From Alphaproteobacteria bacterium (GTDB taxonomy: Bacteria; Pseudomonadota; Alphaproteobacteria; JAJTHO01; CANGYM01): a stretch of DNA of 64,000 nucleotides. This document shows, one piece after another, positions 10,848 to 22,946 of this stretch (positions within the stretch are counted from its first letter, which is position 1; each line of letters opens with the position of its first letter). The notes below the pieces were generated by a model that saw only the letters and a list, made by a program, of their open reading frames with translations, ran no database searches and was not told the DNA's origin. The stretch covers positions 7,737-71,736 of the forward strand of contig JBILMD010000007.1 in the NCBI GenBank assembly GCA_044375675.1, given 5' to 3'. Made by a program: the position numbers and the translations under genes.

Positions 10848-11441
10848 ATGATCCAAGGCGAAGAAATGCAGCAGGCCATTAAGGTCTTGGCCCAGCTGCC
10901 AGGGTTTGGTCAGCGTTCTGCGCGTCGCGCCCTGTTGCACCTGCTGATTCACAAAGATAGGAAAATGGCGCCTTTAATTCAGGCCCTAAAGACCTGCCAT
11001 GACACCATCATCGCCTGCCGGATGTGTGGTCATTTGGATACGGTTAATCCCTGTCACATCTGCCAGTCCCCCCGTCGTCATCGTCACCAGTTGTGTGTTG
11101 TTGAGTCCGTTTCAGACCTGTGGGCCATGGAAAGAACAGGCAGTTACCATGGCCTTTATCATGTTCTTGGGGGGGTTCTCTCCGCCATGGATGATGTTCG
11201 CCCTGAACATTTGGGCTTGCCTCGATTGATCGAAAGAGTTCAGGATTTGGAGGTGGAAGAGGTTATTTTTGCTCTGAACGCGTCTTTAGAGGCCCAGACC
11301 ACAGTTTTTGTCATCACAGAATCCCTACCCAAAAGTCTAAAAATTACCCAGCTGGCCCAGGGTATTCCCATAGGGGGTGAGCTGGACTACATGGATGATG
11401 CCACGTTGCAAACCGCTTTGCAGCGGCGCGGGGTTTTATAA
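10848..11441 (+). CDS. recR: Recombination mediator RecR
   Basis: LPGFGQRSA HhH, C4 zinc finger, Toprim YHVLGG, GGELDYMD. Confidence 0.95.
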   Translation: MIQGEEMQQAIKVLAQLPGFGQRSARRALLHLLIHKDRKMAPLIQALKTCHDTIIACRMCGHLDTVNPCHICQSPRRHRHQLCVVESVSDLWAMERTGSYHGLYHVLGGVLSAMDDVRPEHLGLPRLIERVQDLEVEEVIFALNASLEAQTTVFVITESLPKSLKITQLAQGIPIGGELDYMDDATLQTALQRRGVL

Positions 11442-11446
11442 TCGCA

Positions 11447-12424
11447 GTGTCTGGCAAAGATTTTCGGGATTATCAGGTCCTCGTGGTGGGGGCAGGTTTG
11501 GCGGGGGCTATGGTGGCCCATGCCCTTTCCCTGAGGGGTGTTTCTGTAGCAATCTGGGAAAAGTCTCCTCATCCTTTCACAGGGGGTGCGTCCCATCATC
11601 ATGCCTGCGCCCTCTATCCTTTGATTCACGCGGCCCCTTGCGCTGAGGATTCTTTTTTTTTGCGGGCCTATGAATACGCCCTAAAAACTTTTGGGGGCCA
11701 ACCCTTTTTTCATCCCGCCCCACTGCGCCTGCCCACGGGAAAACGACACAGTGCCCTTTGGCAGAATCATCTGGAAATTACGGACAGCGGCACGTATCTC
11801 CTCAGCGGTGGGTGGGTGGATCCCATAGCGGCCTCTGCCCATTATTTGCAGGATATTCCTGTTTTTTATGGGGTGTCTTTTGAAGGGTTTCATGATGTCC
11901 CCGCGTCTGTTGTTGTTTTTTGTGCGGGTTCCGGCATGCGGGATTGTTTTCCCCAGTGGCCTTGGCGTGTCACAGCGGGGCAGACCGATTATGGTCATCG
12001 CGTGGGCGGGGCAGAATCCGACAAAACCATTCTTTGCCAAGATGGTTTTATGATTCCCATGACAAAACATGTTGTGGCATGCGGGGGAACCTATCGCCCC
12101 CATCATGCAGAGGCCCCTGTTTTTGCTGAAGATACCAAAAAAAACCTATCAAAGCTGGAAAATATCGTGCCCCATCCAGACCTGAAACCCACCACGGGGG
12201 TTAGAATTCGGGGGAAGACAGCCCTGCCCTGCGTTGGGTATGTGGATTTTGGGGGAGAGTTTGTATCCCTGTTGAAACAGGAAAACCTCCCACCAAAAGA
12301 TCATCCCAAACAATGGATTCTTTCCGGATTTGGATCGCGTGGCATGGTCACCATTCCTTGGTCGGTGCATTGTCTGGTGTCAGCGATGGGGGGGGCAAAA
12401 AAAGACTTGCAATCGCCGGTGTAG
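11447..12424 (+). CDS. FAD-dependent oxidoreductase resembling the MnmC C-terminal domain
   Basis: VVGAGLAG Rossmann fold, GGWVDP, GQT, SGFGSRG; GTG start. Confidence 0.6.
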   Translation: MSGKDFRDYQVLVVGAGLAGAMVAHALSLRGVSVAIWEKSPHPFTGGASHHHACALYPLIHAAPCAEDSFFLRAYEYALKTFGGQPFFHPAPLRLPTGKRHSALWQNHLEITDSGTYLLSGGWVDPIAASAHYLQDIPVFYGVSFEGFHDVPASVVVFCAGSGMRDCFPQWPWRVTAGQTDYGHRVGGAESDKTILCQDGFMIPMTKHVVACGGTYRPHHAEAPVFAEDTKKNLSKLENIVPHPDLKPTTGVRIRGKTALPCVGYVDFGGEFVSLLKQENLPPKDHPKQWILSGFGSRGMVTIPWSVHCLVSAMGGAKKDLQSPV

Positions 12425-12470
12425 GCGTTACATAAGAACGACTTTCGTTTATGGATTTTAGTGTTCTGGT

Positions 12471-14546
12471 ATGTCTCGTCAAACCCCTTTGGATCATTAT
12501 CGTAACATCGGCATCATGGCCCACATTGATGCTGGGAAAACCACCACGACTGAGCGCGTTTTGTTTTACACGGGCCGCCAGCACAACATTGGTGAGGTCC
12601 ATGAGGGCAATGCCACCATGGATTGGATGGAGCAAGAGCAAGAGCGTGGAATCACCATCACCTCAGCCGCCACCACCTGTTACTGGGCGGGTCACAGAAT
12701 CAACATCATTGATACGCCTGGCCACGTTGATTTCACCATTGAAGTTGAGCGGTCTCTGCGGGTTTTGGATGGTGCTGTGGCTGTTTTTGACAGTGTGGCG
12801 GGTGTTGAGCCCCAGTCCGAAACCGTCTGGCGCCAGGCCGACAAATATAATGTTCCCCGTATGTGTTTTGTTAACAAGATGGACCGCATCGGGGCGGATT
12901 TTTTCCGCTGCGTCGACATGATGGTGGACCGTTTGGGGGCTGTGCCCTTGGTTCTGCAGTTGCCCATCGGTGTGGAATCTGACTTTGTTGGTGTTGTGGA
13001 TCTGATTAAAAATGTTGAGATTCACTGGCTTGAGGAAAGCCTAGGCGCCAAGTTTGAAGAGCGCCCCATTTCATCAGCCTATAAAGACAAGGCCGCTGAG
13101 TATCGGGAAAAACTGATCGAGTTGGCCGTGGAACAAGACGACGATGCCATGGAAAAATACTTGGCTGGGGAAGAGCCCAGCGCTGAAGTCCTAAGGGCCT
13201 GTATTCGTCGCGGCACCATTAAAAGTGTTTTTGTGCCTGTTTTGTGTGGGTCTGCCTTTAAAAATAAGGGTGTTCAGCCGCTTCTGGATGCTGTGACGTA
13301 TTATTTGCCTTCGCCTTTGGATATTGGGGACACTCAGGGTCTTAAGCCCGATTCCGATGATGCGGATGTGCGGAAGGCTTCTGACGAAGAGCCGTTTTCC
13401 GGCTTGGCGTTTAAAATTATGACGGACCCCTTTGTGGGATCCTTGACGTTTGTTCGGGTTTACTCGGGTAAAATTGAATCGGGCTCTTACGTTCAAAACA
13501 CCACCAAAGATAAGCGTGAGCGCATCGGCCGGATGTTGTTGATGCATGCCAATTCCCGTGAGGAAATCAAAGAAGCCTACACCGGCGACATCGTGGCGTT
13601 GGTGGGCATGAAGGATACAACCACAGGGGATACGCTTTCGGATCAAAAATCCCCCATTATTCTGGAGCGTATGGAATTCCCAGATCCCGTGATTGAGGTT
13701 GCTGTTGAGCCCAAAACCAAAGCCGATCAGGAAAAAATGTCCGTGGCTCTGGGGCGCTTGGCGACGGAGGACCCTTCGTTCCGTGTGTCTGTGGATCATG
13801 AATCCGGCCAGACGGTCATTAAGGGAATGGGCGAGCTGCACCTCGAAATCATCGTGGATCGTATGAAGCGGGAATTCAAGGTCGAGGCCAACGTGGGTGC
13901 CCCGCAGGTGGCCTACCGTGAAACCATTTCCAAAAAAGTCGAAATTGACTACACCCACAAGAAACAGTCCGGTGGTGCCGGTCAGTTTGCTCGGGTGATT
14001 ATGACCTTCGAGCCCTTGGAGCGTAGTGGTGGCTATGAATTTGTCAATAAAGTCATCGGGGGGTCCATTCCCAAGGAATACATTCCTGGTGTGGAAAAGG
14101 GCCTGATGTCTGCCAAAGACACGGGGGCCCTTGCCGGTTTTCCTGTGGTGGATTTTAAGGTGACGTTGACCGAGGGCGCCTATCACGATGTGGATTCATC
14201 CACCTTGGCCTTTGAAATTGCCGGCCGCGCGGCGTTTCGTGAAGGTATGAGAAAGGCCGGAAGTCAGATTCTGGAGCCAATCATGAATGTTGAGGTTGTT
14301 ACGCCTGAAGATTACATGGGTGATATTATTGGAGATCTGAACTCTCGTCGGGGTCAAGTTTCCGGTATGGACCAGCGGGGGAACGCCCGCGTGATTAATG
14401 CAATGGTCCCCTTGTCAAATATGTTTGGATATGTTAATACCCTTCGCTCAATGAGCCAAGGCCGTGCCCAATTCACCATGGTCTTTCATCATTACGAGCC
14501 CGTCCCCAACGCGATCGCTGAAGAGATCGCAGCAAAACATTCTTAA
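12471..14546 (+). CDS. fusA: Elongation factor G
   Basis: [27 protein letters not shown]; 691 aa. Confidence 0.98.
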   Translation: MSRQTPLDHYRNIGIMAHIDAGKTTTTERVLFYTGRQHNIGEVHEGNATMDWMEQEQERGITITSAATTCYWAGHRINIIDTPGHVDFTIEVERSLRVLDGAVAVFDSVAGVEPQSETVWRQADKYNVPRMCFVNKMDRIGADFFRCVDMMVDRLGAVPLVLQLPIGVESDFVGVVDLIKNVEIHWLEESLGAKFEERPISSAYKDKAAEYREKLIELAVEQDDDAMEKYLAGEEPSAEVLRACIRRGTIKSVFVPVLCGSAFKNKGVQPLLDAVTYYLPSPLDIGDTQGLKPDSDDADVRKASDEEPFSGLAFKIMTDPFVGSLTFVRVYSGKIESGSYVQNTTKDKRERIGRMLLMHANSREEIKEAYTGDIVALVGMKDTTTGDTLSDQKSPIILERMEFPDPVIEVAVEPKTKADQEKMSVALGRLATEDPSFRVSVDHESGQTVIKGMGELHLEIIVDRMKREFKVEANVGAPQVAYRETISKKVEIDYTHKKQSGGAGQFARVIMTFEPLERSGGYEFVNKVIGGSIPKEYIPGVEKGLMSAKDTGALAGFPVVDFKVTLTEGAYHDVDSSTLAFEIAGRAAFREGMRKAGSQILEPIMNVEVVTPEDYMGDIIGDLNSRRGQVSGMDQRGNARVINAMVPLSNMFGYVNTLRSMSQGRAQFTMVFHHYEPVPNAIAEEIAAKHS

Positions 14547-14577
14547 TGAAAAACTAACGAAAAAGGTAGGAAACACC

Positions 14578-15753
14578 ATGGCAAAGGCAAAATTTGAACG
14601 GAACAAACCCCACGTTAACATCGGTACCATCGGTCACGTTGACCATGGAAAAACAACCTTGACGGCGGCCATTACCAAATATTTTGGTGAATTCAGAGAT
14701 TACTCTCAGATCGATGCTGCCCCCGAAGAAAAAGCCCGTGGGATTACCATTAACACCGCCCACGTGGAATACGAAACTGCCGAGCGTCACTATGCCCACG
14801 TTGACTGTCCTGGTCACGCTGACTACGTGAAAAACATGATTACCGGTGCTGCCCAGATGGATGGCGCGATTCTGGTGGTGAACGCCGCTGATGGACCTAT
14901 GCCCCAAACACGGGAACACATTTTGCTGGCCCGTCAGGTGGGTGTTCCTGCCTTGGTGGTCTTTTTGAACAAAGTGGATCAGGTGGATGACCCCGAATTG
15001 CTTGAGTTGGTGGAAATGGAAATCCGCGAGCTTCTCAGCAAATACGGCTTTGATGGTGACAATATCCCCATCGTTTCTGGTTCGGCTTTGGCCGCGCTGG
15101 AAGGTCGTAACCCCGAAATCGGCGAAAACAAGGTTCGTGATTTGCTGGCCGCTGTGGACAAAGCGATTCCTACGCCTTCCCGTCCTATCGACAAGCCCTT
15201 CTTGATGCCTATCGAGGATGTGTTCTCTATCTCTGGTCGTGGGACCGTGGTGACAGGCCGTATTGAGTCTGGCGTGGTTAAAGTGGGTGAAGAAGTTGAG
15301 ATCGTTGGAATCAACAAAACCCAAAAAACAACCGTCACCGGTGTTGAAATGTTCCGTAAGTTGCTTGATCAAGGTCAGGCTGGGGACAACGTGGGTGTTC
15401 TTTTGCGTGGTACCAAGCGGGAAGATGTCGAGCGTGGTCAGGTTTTGGCCAAGCCTGGCAGCATTACCCCCCACACCACCTTTAAGTGTGAGTGCTATAT
15501 CCTCAGCAAAGAGGAAGGTGGCCGTCACACCCCGTTTTTCTCCAACTACCGCCCTCAGTTTTACTTCCGTACCACCGATGTCACCGGCGCCATTAAATTG
15601 CCTGAAGGCAAAGAAATGGTCATTCCTGGCGATAACGTAGAAATGGAAATCGAGCTGATCAACCCCATCGCCATGGATGAAGGTTTGCGTTTTGCTATCC
15701 GTGAGGGTGGCCGGACCGTGGGTGCTGGTGTTGTCAGTAAGATTATTAAATAA
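14578..15753 (+). CDS. tuf: Elongation factor Tu
   Basis: [27 protein letters not shown] ... EGGRTVGAG. Confidence 0.98.
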   Translation: MAKAKFERNKPHVNIGTIGHVDHGKTTLTAAITKYFGEFRDYSQIDAAPEEKARGITINTAHVEYETAERHYAHVDCPGHADYVKNMITGAAQMDGAILVVNAADGPMPQTREHILLARQVGVPALVVFLNKVDQVDDPELLELVEMEIRELLSKYGFDGDNIPIVSGSALAALEGRNPEIGENKVRDLLAAVDKAIPTPSRPIDKPFLMPIEDVFSISGRGTVVTGRIESGVVKVGEEVEIVGINKTQKTTVTGVEMFRKLLDQGQAGDNVGVLLRGTKREDVERGQVLAKPGSITPHTTFKCECYILSKEEGGRHTPFFSNYRPQFYFRTTDVTGAIKLPEGKEMVIPGDNVEMEIELINPIAMDEGLRFAIREGGRTVGAGVVSKIIK

Positions 15754-15771
15754 AGGTCTTTACATACCCCG

Positions 15772-15802
15772 AAAGAGGCTGCATAATGCGGCCTCTTTTT
15801 TT
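15772..15802 (+). terminator. Intrinsic terminator after tuf
   Basis: aaagaggctgca-taa-tgcggcctcttt hairpin followed by a T run. Confidence 0.75.
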
Positions 15803-15832
15803 CTGTGAACGTTGTGGATACGAGAATTAACT

Positions 15833-16162
15833 ATGGACGCACAAACCATTCGAGTGCACCTTCGGGCCTTTGATCACCGCATTTTGGACAAATCTGCTGA
15901 GCAGATTGTTGATACGGTGAAGCGCACGGGATCAAAGCTTCACGGCCCTGTTCCTTTGCCAACTCGTATTGAGCGCTTCACGGTGTTGCGTTCGCCGCAC
16001 GTGAACAAAAAATCCCGTGAACAGTTTGAAATGCGCACGCACAAACGGTTGATTGATATTTTGAGTCCCACCCCTCAGACGGTGGATGCTCTGATGAAGT
16101 TAGAGCTCCCTTCAGGGGTTGATGTCCAAATTAAGCTGACGCCCATGGGCGCGGTGGCTTAA
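15833..16162 (+). CDS. rpsJ: 30S ribosomal protein S10
   Basis: [23 protein letters not shown]. Confidence 0.97.
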   Translation: MDAQTIRVHLRAFDHRILDKSAEQIVDTVKRTGSKLHGPVPLPTRIERFTVLRSPHVNKKSREQFEMRTHKRLIDILSPTPQTVDALMKLELPSGVDVQIKLTPMGAVA

Positions 16163-16174
16163 GGAGAAGGTGCC

Positions 16175-16951
16175 ATGACAAAGCGTACAGGTTTGATTGC
16201 TAAAAAACTGGGGATGACCCGTCGGTTCTCTGCCGCTGGTGTCTCTTCCGCCGTGACTGTGCTCAGCTTAGAGGGCTGTCAAGTGATTGGTCAGCGGACC
16301 CAAGATCGTGATGGCTACACGGCTGTTGTTCTGGGGGCTGGCGATCGTCGTGCTTCCCGCGTGAACAAAGCGCAGCGTGTCCAGTACGCCAACGCCAACC
16401 TTTCCCCCAAAGCCATCGTTCGCGAATTTCGTGTTGAAGCTCAGGCTTTCCTCGATGTGGGGTCAGTCCTTCAGGCCGATCATTTTGTTGTGGGTCAAAA
16501 AGTTGATGTGGTTGGAACATCCGTCGGTAAAGGTTTTGCCGGTGCCATGAAGCGTCACAATTTTGGTGGTCTGCGGGCCTCCCACGGGGTGTCCATCAGT
16601 CACCGTTCCCATGGATCCACGGGTCAGCGTCAGGATCCTGGAAAAGTTTTTAAGGGCAAGAAAATGGCTGGTCATATGGGGGACGTGCGCGTTACCCAAC
16701 AAAATTTAGAAATTTTGGAAACCGATGTGGCCCGTGGCTTGGTGTTTGTTAAAGGCAGCATCCCCGGCGCAACAAACAGCTTCGTTTTGATTCAAGATGC
16801 GGTGAAATCTCCTTCTCAGGATTTGCCTTTTCCTGGCTCTGTGGCGTCTGTTGGCCCTGCTCAGGATGTTCAGGCTCCCTCCTTTGAATCTGAGAGCGGT
16901 GTTTCTGATGCTGCCTCAAGTGACACCCCTGGTGATACGTTAGAAAGTTAA
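16175..16951 (+). CDS. rplC: 50S ribosomal protein L3
   Basis: [26 protein letters not shown]; acidic C-terminal tail. Confidence 0.97.
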   Translation: MTKRTGLIAKKLGMTRRFSAAGVSSAVTVLSLEGCQVIGQRTQDRDGYTAVVLGAGDRRASRVNKAQRVQYANANLSPKAIVREFRVEAQAFLDVGSVLQADHFVVGQKVDVVGTSVGKGFAGAMKRHNFGGLRASHGVSISHRSHGSTGQRQDPGKVFKGKKMAGHMGDVRVTQQNLEILETDVARGLVFVKGSIPGATNSFVLIQDAVKSPSQDLPFPGSVASVGPAQDVQAPSFESESGVSDAASSDTPGDTLES

Positions 16952-16961
16952 GAGTCGTTTT

Positions 16962-17588
16962 ATGCACTACGCCTTGCTTACAGGACCTGATTTTAAATCC
17001 ACGGATGTGGCGTTGAGAGACGATGTGTTCGCCCTCTCTCCCCTGCGGCCGGATATCATTGCCCGTGTGGTTCAGTGGCAGTTGGACAAACGTCGTTCGG
17101 GATGTCACAAAACCAAAGGCATTTCCGAGATCCAAGGGACCACCAAAAAGCCCTATAAACAAAAAGGCACGGGAAATGCGCGTCAGGGGTCTTTGCGTTC
17201 TCCGCAATACCGCGGTGGCGCCACAATTTTCGGTCCTGTGGTTCGGGATCATGGCTATTCTTTGAACAAAAAGATACGGGTGCTGGGATTGAAGCATGCG
17301 CTTTCTTCCAAGTGTCAGGATCAGTCGTTGGTTCTCATCGATGGATACCCTGCTTTTGAAAAAGCCAAGGATGCATCGGCGTGGGCCAAAAAACTTGGGT
17401 TGGTTAAGCCGTTGTTCGTTGTCAATCAGGCGGACATGGATGCCCCTTTTGTCAGGGCTTTGCGCAACCTGAAAGACGTTCGCCTGCTGGCACTGGAGGG
17501 GCTGAACGTTTACAGTTTGCTTCAGGCCCGTCATGTTGTTCTCACGGCAGCCGCCAAAGACGCTATTGAGCAGAGGTTTTCGTTATGA
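16962..17588 (+). CDS. rplD: 50S ribosomal protein L4
   Basis: KQKGTGNARQGS.RSPQYRGG. Confidence 0.96.
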   Translation: MHYALLTGPDFKSTDVALRDDVFALSPLRPDIIARVVQWQLDKRRSGCHKTKGISEIQGTTKKPYKQKGTGNARQGSLRSPQYRGGATIFGPVVRDHGYSLNKKIRVLGLKHALSSKCQDQSLVLIDGYPAFEKAKDASAWAKKLGLVKPLFVVNQADMDAPFVRALRNLKDVRLLALEGLNVYSLLQARHVVLTAAAKDAIEQRFSL

Positions 17589-17908
17589 AGCAAGGTTTAT
17601 TGTCCACGAAAAAGAGAAAAATCAGCTCTTTTGACATTTTGCGTCGTCCCATTGTGACGGAAAAATCCACTCTTCAGGGGGAAATCGGCAACAAAGTGGT
17701 TTTTGAGGTTCTGCCTGGGGCCACCAAAAATGACGTTAAGCTGGCCATGAAAGACGTGTTTTCTGTGACGGTTGAAAAGGTGAACATGATTCGCTTGCCC
17801 GCCAAAACAAAGCGGTTCAAGGGCGTGGTTGGGCAGCGCAACGCGATAAAAAAGGCTATTATCACCCTGAAAGACGGTGAAACCCTTAATTTTTTTGATG
17901 GAGTCTAG
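17585..17908 (+). CDS. rplW: 50S ribosomal protein L23
   Basis: PIVTEKS, KKAIITL. Confidence 0.94.
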   Translation: MKQGLLSTKKRKISSFDILRRPIVTEKSTLQGEIGNKVVFEVLPGATKNDVKLAMKDVFSVTVEKVNMIRLPAKTKRFKGVVGQRNAIKKAIITLKDGETLNFFDGV

Positions 17909-17911
17909 ATC

Positions 17912-18739
17912 ATGGCCTTAAAAGCCTATAAACCCGTTACCCCTGGAACGCGTGGCCTGATTCTTTCCACATCTCCGGATCTTTGGAAGGGCCGCCCTGA
18001 AAAGAGTCTGGTTTCCGGTATTTCCTCAACAGGAGGTCGTAACAATCTGGGGCGCATGACGAATCGTAACATCGGTTCCCGTCACAAGCGTCTGTACCGC
18101 CAAGTTGATTTTAAACGCGGTAAGCGGGATATCGTGGGCACAGTGGAGCGATTGGAATACGATCCCAATCGTACCGCTTATATCGCCTTGATTGTTTATG
18201 AAGATGGGGAAAAGGCTTATATCTTGGCCCCCCAAAAGCTGAAAGCTGGCGACAAAGTTTTGGCCGGCGAAAAAGCCGACATTCGGGTGGGCAATGCCCT
18301 GCCTTTGGCCAACATTCCTTTGGGGACTGTTGTTCACAATGTTGAGATGAAGCCTGGCAAAGGTGGTCAGCTTGCCCGCAGTGCGGGGGCTTCGGTTCAG
18401 TTGGTGGCGCGGGATCAGGGCTATGCCCAGCTGCGTCTCTCTTCGGGCGAGGTTCGCCTTGTTCTTTCGTCGTGTTATGCCACGGTTGGGATGGTTTCCA
18501 ATCCGGATCATCAGAATGAGGTCTTAGGCAAAGCTGGCCGGAATCGCTGGAAAGGTCGTCGCCCCCATGTTCGTGGTGTGGCTATGAACCCTGTGGATCA
18601 CCCGCATGGTGGTGGTGAGGGGAAAACGTCCGGTGGGCGTCATCCTGTTACCCCGTGGGGAAAATCCACCAAAGGAAAACGGACACGCCGCAACAAGGCG
18701 ACGTCTAAGTATATTGTCAAACGACGCTATCAGAAATAA
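17912..18739 (+). CDS. rplB: 50S ribosomal protein L2
   Basis: [23 protein letters not shown]. Confidence 0.98.
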   Translation: MALKAYKPVTPGTRGLILSTSPDLWKGRPEKSLVSGISSTGGRNNLGRMTNRNIGSRHKRLYRQVDFKRGKRDIVGTVERLEYDPNRTAYIALIVYEDGEKAYILAPQKLKAGDKVLAGEKADIRVGNALPLANIPLGTVVHNVEMKPGKGGQLARSAGASVQLVARDQGYAQLRLSSGEVRLVLSSCYATVGMVSNPDHQNEVLGKAGRNRWKGRRPHVRGVAMNPVDHPHGGGEGKTSGGRHPVTPWGKSTKGKRTRRNKATSKYIVKRRYQK

Positions 18740-18758
18740 GAAATAAAGGACACTGTCT

Positions 18759-19037
18759 ATGCCTCGGTCTGTTTGGAAAGGTCCCTTTGTTGACGGGTAC
18801 TTGATTGATAAAGCGGTTAAAGTTTCATCTTCGGGCCGTCGGGATATCATCAAGACTTGGTCCCGGCGCTCAACCATTCTCCCCAACTTTGTGGGGTTAA
18901 CGTTTGGTGTTTATAACGGTAAAAAGTTTGTGCCTGTGACGGTGAATGAAGATATGATCGGCCACAAGTTGGGCGAATTTGCCCCCACACGGACCTTTTT
19001 AGGTCATGGTGCGGATAAAAAAGCGAAAAAGAAATAG
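18759..19037 (+). CDS. rpsS: 30S ribosomal protein S19
   Basis: [20 protein letters not shown]. Confidence 0.98.
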   Translation: MPRSVWKGPFVDGYLIDKAVKVSSSGRRDIIKTWSRRSTILPNFVGLTFGVYNGKKFVPVTVNEDMIGHKLGEFAPTRTFLGHGADKKAKKK

Positions 19038-19046
19038 GTTGTTTTT

Positions 19047-19391
19047 ATGAGCCGTCTTGTCCAAGCTATGAACACTGTTGTCCGCAGCAGTCCCCAAAAA
19101 CTGAATGTTGTTGCGGGCAGTATCCGCCGTAAACATGTTCAGGATGCTATTCATATCCTCAATTTTTCCCAAAAACGTGTGGCGGACGTGGTTTTAAAAA
19201 CCCTGAACTCTGCCATTGCCAATGCCGAACACAACCATGGTTTGGATGTGGATCGGCTGTATGTCAAAGAGGCTTTTGTGGGAAAAAGCTTGGTTATGAA
19301 ACGTTTTCGGGCCCGTGCCCGTGGCCGTGGGGCTCGTATTATTAAGCCTGTCAGTCGTATCACCGTTATTCTGGCAGAAGAGGAGATTTAG
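19047..19391 (+). CDS. rplV: 50S ribosomal protein L22
   Basis: [17 protein letters not shown]. Confidence 0.96.
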   Translation: MSRLVQAMNTVVRSSPQKLNVVAGSIRRKHVQDAIHILNFSQKRVADVVLKTLNSAIANAEHNHGLDVDRLYVKEAFVGKSLVMKRFRARARGRGARIIKPVSRITVILAEEEI

Positions 19392-19394
19392 GTT

Positions 19395-20054
19395 ATGGGT
19401 CAGAAAGTTAACCCCATCGGGTTCCGTTTGAAAATCAACAAAGACTGGGATTCTCGCTGGTTTGCTGGCAAGTCTTATCAGGAAACCTTGCTTCAGGACC
19501 TTGAGATCCGTAAGTATTTGGAAAAGCGCCTGAAGTCTGCCTATATTAGCAAGATTGTGATTGAGCGTCCGGCCAATAAGCCTATCGTGAATCTTTACTC
19601 GGGTCGTCCTGGACTGATCATTGGTAAAAAAGGGACGGACATTGAGTTGCTCCGCAAAGACTTAGCCAAGTTTTTGGGTCGCGATGTTCAAATCAACATT
19701 GTTGAAATTCGCAAGCCTGAAATCGAAGCCAAGCTGGTGGCCCAAAACGTGGCCTCTCAGCTGGAAAAACGGGTGGCATTTCGTCGTGCGATGCGTCGCG
19801 TGGTCCAGTCGGCGTTGCGTTTCGGTGCCGAGGGTATTCGGATCAACTGCAGTGGCCGTTTGGGGGGCGCGGAAATCGCCCGTATGGAATGGTATCGGGA
19901 GGGTCGGGTTCCCTTGCACACCCTGCGTGCCGATATCGACTATGGTGAAGCAGAGGCTTTGACAACCTACGGCGTTATTGGTATTAAGGTCTGGATTTAC
20001 AAAGGTGAAATTCTCAAAGATGGCGAGCGCGAAGATCTGCGCACCGCCGCATAG
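19395..20054 (+). CDS. rpsC: 30S ribosomal protein S3
   Basis: [25 protein letters not shown]. Confidence 0.98.
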   Translation: MGQKVNPIGFRLKINKDWDSRWFAGKSYQETLLQDLEIRKYLEKRLKSAYISKIVIERPANKPIVNLYSGRPGLIIGKKGTDIELLRKDLAKFLGRDVQINIVEIRKPEIEAKLVAQNVASQLEKRVAFRRAMRRVVQSALRFGAEGIRINCSGRLGGAEIARMEWYREGRVPLHTLRADIDYGEAEALTTYGVIGIKVWIYKGEILKDGEREDLRTAA

Positions 20055-20075
20055 ATAACCACAACGGAGTTAGGC

Positions 20076-20492
20076 ATGTTTAGCCCTAAAAAAACGAAGT
20101 ATCGTAAAGCCCATAAGGGACGGATCAAAGGCGAAACCAAAGCCGGTGATCGCCTGAACTTTGGCCAGTTTGGTTTAAAGGCTCAGACGGCTGACCGGAT
20201 TACGGCCCGCCAGATCGAGGCGGCCCGTCGGGCCATCACCCGTCACTTACGTCGTGCGGGCAAGCTGTGGATCCGCGTGTTTCCAGACTTGCCTGTTTCT
20301 CGCAAGCCCGCTGAAGTTCGTATGGGAAGCGGAAAAGGAACGCCAGAGTTCTGGGCCTGTCGTGTGGCCCCTGGGCGCATTCTTTTTGAAATTGAGGGTG
20401 TGTCAGAAGAGCAAGCCCGCGAGGCCTTTGCTTTGGCCCACGCCAAATTGCCCATTCAGTCCAAATTTATTAAACGCCTGCCGTGTGAGTAG
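20076..20492 (+). CDS. rplP: 50S ribosomal protein L16
   Basis: [18 protein letters not shown]. Confidence 0.98.
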   Translation: MFSPKKTKYRKAHKGRIKGETKAGDRLNFGQFGLKAQTADRITARQIEAARRAITRHLRRAGKLWIRVFPDLPVSRKPAEVRMGSGKGTPEFWACRVAPGRILFEIEGVSEEQAREAFALAHAKLPIQSKFIKRLPCE

Positions 20493-20497
20493 AGATT

Positions 20498-20698
20498 ATG
20501 AAATTATCGGAACGAAAGGCCGCGTTGTTGCGGGGCAAAACCAAAGATGAATTGACCGACATGCTGCATCACTGCCAGCGTGATTTGATGAGCATGCGCT
20601 TTAAAAAGAAAAGCGGTGGTGTGGAAAACACCAATCGCTTTCGTTTTGTGCGTCGCCGAATTGCTCAGATTAAGACCCTATTGAATAACCCTGCCTAA
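20498..20698 (+). CDS. rpmC: 50S ribosomal protein L29
   Basis: Position in the S10 operon; RRRIAQIKT. Confidence 0.9.
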   Translation: MKLSERKAALLRGKTKDELTDMLHHCQRDLMSMRFKKKSGGVENTNRFRFVRRRIAQIKTLLNNPA

Positions 20699-20710
20699 AG
20701 GATTGTTGTT

Positions 20711-20971
20711 ATGCCCCGTCGTGTGATGCAAGGTGTTGTTGTGAAGGACGCCAAAGATAAAACCATCAGCGTGTTGGTTGAGCGTTCGGTCAAGCACCCT
20801 GTTTATAAAAAGTATGTTAAGCGTTCCAAGAAATTCTTGGCCCATGATGAAACCAACCGTTCCCGTCAGGGCGACGTTGTTTCCATTGTGGAGTCCCGCC
20901 CCCTTTCCAAAAGAAAAACCTGGGTCTTAGTTGAGGATGCAGGTTCAGCCGACCAAGGAGTTTCCTCATGA
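20711..20971 (+). CDS. rpsQ: 30S ribosomal protein S17
   Basis: [15 protein letters not shown]. Confidence 0.96.
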   Translation: MPRRVMQGVVVKDAKDKTISVLVERSVKHPVYKKYVKRSKKFLAHDETNRSRQGDVVSIVESRPLSKRKTWVLVEDAGSADQGVSS

Positions 20972-21336
20972 TCCAAATGCAAACCCGCCTGGATGTTGCG
21001 GATAACTCTGGCGCCAAAACTGTTATGTGTGTGAAGGTTCTGGGCGGATCCAAAAAAAGAACAGCCGAGATTGGTGATGTTATTGTGGTGTCTGTTAAGG
21101 ATGCTATTCCTCGGGGTAAAGTCAAAAAAGGGGATGTTCACCGTGCCTTGGTCGTGCGCACCCGTTTTGGTGTTCGTCGTCCCGATGATTCTTTGATCCG
21201 TTTTGATAACAATGCCGTTGTCATCATCAACAAGCAGGGCGAGCCCGTGGGAACCCGTATTTTTGGCCCCGTAACCCGAGAGCTGCGTTCGAAAAATTAC
21301 ATGAAAATCATATCGTTGGCCCCGGAGGTCCTATAA
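20968..21336 (+). CDS. rplN: 50S ribosomal protein L14
   Basis: [15 protein letters not shown]. Confidence 0.98.
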   Translation: MIQMQTRLDVADNSGAKTVMCVKVLGGSKKRTAEIGDVIVVSVKDAIPRGKVKKGDVHRALVVRTRFGVRRPDDSLIRFDNNAVVIINKQGEPVGTRIFGPVTRELRSKNYMKIISLAPEVL

Positions 21337-21338
21337 CA

Positions 21339-21659
21339 ATGAAACAGAAAGTCAAAATTAAGCGGGATGATACCGTCGTTGTGCTTTCCGGAAAAGATAA
21401 GGGCAAGCGCGGCAAGGTTTTGAAGGTTCTTCCCTCCGAAAACAAGCTGGTTGTGGATGGCGTCAATGTCGTCACCAAACACAAAAAGCCTACACAGTTG
21501 GATGCTGGCGGTATCCGCCGTTTTGAGAAGGCCATTGATGTTTCCAATGTCGCCATTTTGGATCCTAAGTTGGACGTTCCCACCCGCGTGGGCTATAAGG
21601 TCATCGATGGCAAGAAGGTCCGTTATGCGAAAAAGTCAGGAGAAGTGATCGATGGTTGA
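21339..21659 (+). CDS. rplX: 50S ribosomal protein L24
   Basis: KOW motif [15 protein letters not shown]. Confidence 0.96.
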   Translation: MKQKVKIKRDDTVVVLSGKDKGKRGKVLKVLPSENKLVVDGVNVVTKHKKPTQLDAGGIRRFEKAIDVSNVAILDPKLDVPTRVGYKVIDGKKVRYAKKSGEVIDG

Positions 21660-22203
21660 GACTCAGCCCCGTTTGAAACAACAGTATCTTAAAGAGATTC
21701 AGCCAGCTTTGATGAAAGAGCTTGGCTTGTCTAACGTGATGCAAGCCCCCCGTCTGGAAAAAATCGTTATTAACGTTGGTTTTGGCGATGCTGTTCAAGA
21801 CAGCAAAAAATTGGATAAGGTGGTTGCTGACCTCGCCCTTGTGGCGGGCCAGAAACCTGTGATCACCCGCGCCAAAAAATCCATTGCGACCTTTAAGGTC
21901 CGTGAGGGCATGGTTATGGGGTGCAAAGTCACCTTGCGCCGTGAACGGATGTACGAATTTATGGATCGCTTGGTCACTATCGCCATGCCCCGTATCCGAG
22001 ATTTCCGCGGTATTTCAGGAAAATCTTTTGATGCCCAAGGCAACTACGCCATGGGGATTAAAGAGCACATTATCTTTCCCGAAATTGACTATGATAAGAT
22101 TGACAAAGTTTTTGGAATGGATATAGTCCTCGTTTCAAGCAGTAACCGCGCGGATCATACCAAGGCCTTGCTTAAGGCTTTTGGTTTCCCGTTTTATAAT
22201 TAA
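21652..22203 (+). CDS. rplE: 50S ribosomal protein L5
   Basis: [17 protein letters not shown]. Confidence 0.97.
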   Translation: MVETQPRLKQQYLKEIQPALMKELGLSNVMQAPRLEKIVINVGFGDAVQDSKKLDKVVADLALVAGQKPVITRAKKSIATFKVREGMVMGCKVTLRRERMYEFMDRLVTIAMPRIRDFRGISGKSFDAQGNYAMGIKEHIIFPEIDYDKIDKVFGMDIVLVSSSNRADHTKALLKAFGFPFYN

Positions 22204-22217
22204 AGTGAGACCTGTTC

Positions 22218-22523
22218 ATGGCTAAACTGTGCATGAAAGAACGTGACAAGAGTCGTCGACGCAAGACAGAGAATGCCTTGGTCCGTCGCACCGCTCTTGT
22301 GGCAAAAGTGAAGGATCGCTCTCTTCCGATGGAAGATCGCCTGATGGCCGTTCGCAAGCTGTCCGAAATGCCCCGCAATTCTGCGAAGGTGCGTATTCGT
22401 AATCGCTGCGCCCTGACGGGCCGTTCCCGCGGTGTTTATCGTAAATTCGGTTTATCTCGGATTAAGTTGCGGGAACTGGCTTCTGCAGGTCAGCTTCCTG
22501 GTGTTGTAAAATCAAGTTGGTAA
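22218..22523 (+). CDS. rpsN: 30S ribosomal protein S14 (long, non-zinc type)
   Basis: [18 protein letters not shown]. Confidence 0.97.
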   Translation: MAKLCMKERDKSRRRKTENALVRRTALVAKVKDRSLPMEDRLMAVRKLSEMPRNSAKVRIRNRCALTGRSRGVYRKFGLSRIKLRELASAGQLPGVVKSSW

Positions 22524-22529
22524 GCCATT

Positions 22530-22928
22530 ATGACCATGACCGATCCTATTGGGGCTATGTTAACAACCCTTCGCAACGGTGCTGCGGCGAAAAAGACTCA
22601 GGTCGCTGTGCCGGCATCCCGTTTGAAGCAATCCATTTTGGATGTTTTGAAACGTGAAGGCTACATCCGCGGCTATGAAGTGCGGGATGTTCGTCCCCGT
22701 GTTCAAGAGATCGTTGTGGAACTGAAGTACTATCAGGGCCAGCCTGTCATTAAAGAGATTTCTCGTGAATCTAAGCCCAGCCGCCGCGTGTATTGCGGGG
22801 CTTCTGGGATGCCCAAGGTCCACAATGGTTTGGGTATTGGTATTGTTTCAACATCTTTGGGCATTTTTTCTGACGCCGAGGCGCGTAAAGCGGGCTTAGG
22901 CGGCGAATGGATTTGCACTGTATTTTAA
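22530..22928 (+). CDS. rpsH: 30S ribosomal protein S8
   Basis: DPIGAMLT.LRN, SKPSRRVY, GGEWIC. Confidence 0.96.
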   Translation: MTMTDPIGAMLTTLRNGAAAKKTQVAVPASRLKQSILDVLKREGYIRGYEVRDVRPRVQEIVVELKYYQGQPVIKEISRESKPSRRVYCGASGMPKVHNGLGIGIVSTSLGIFSDAEARKAGLGGEWICTVF

Positions 22929-22946
22929 ATTGTGGAGTTTTGTGCT

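Noticed and set aside
13191-15528. Long antisense ORFs (331 and 324 aa) opposite fusA and tuf
   Set aside because: Shadow ORFs caused by codon bias of highly expressed genes; no recognisable motifs
16749-17534. 261-aa minus-strand ORF
   Set aside because: Antisense to rplC/rplD
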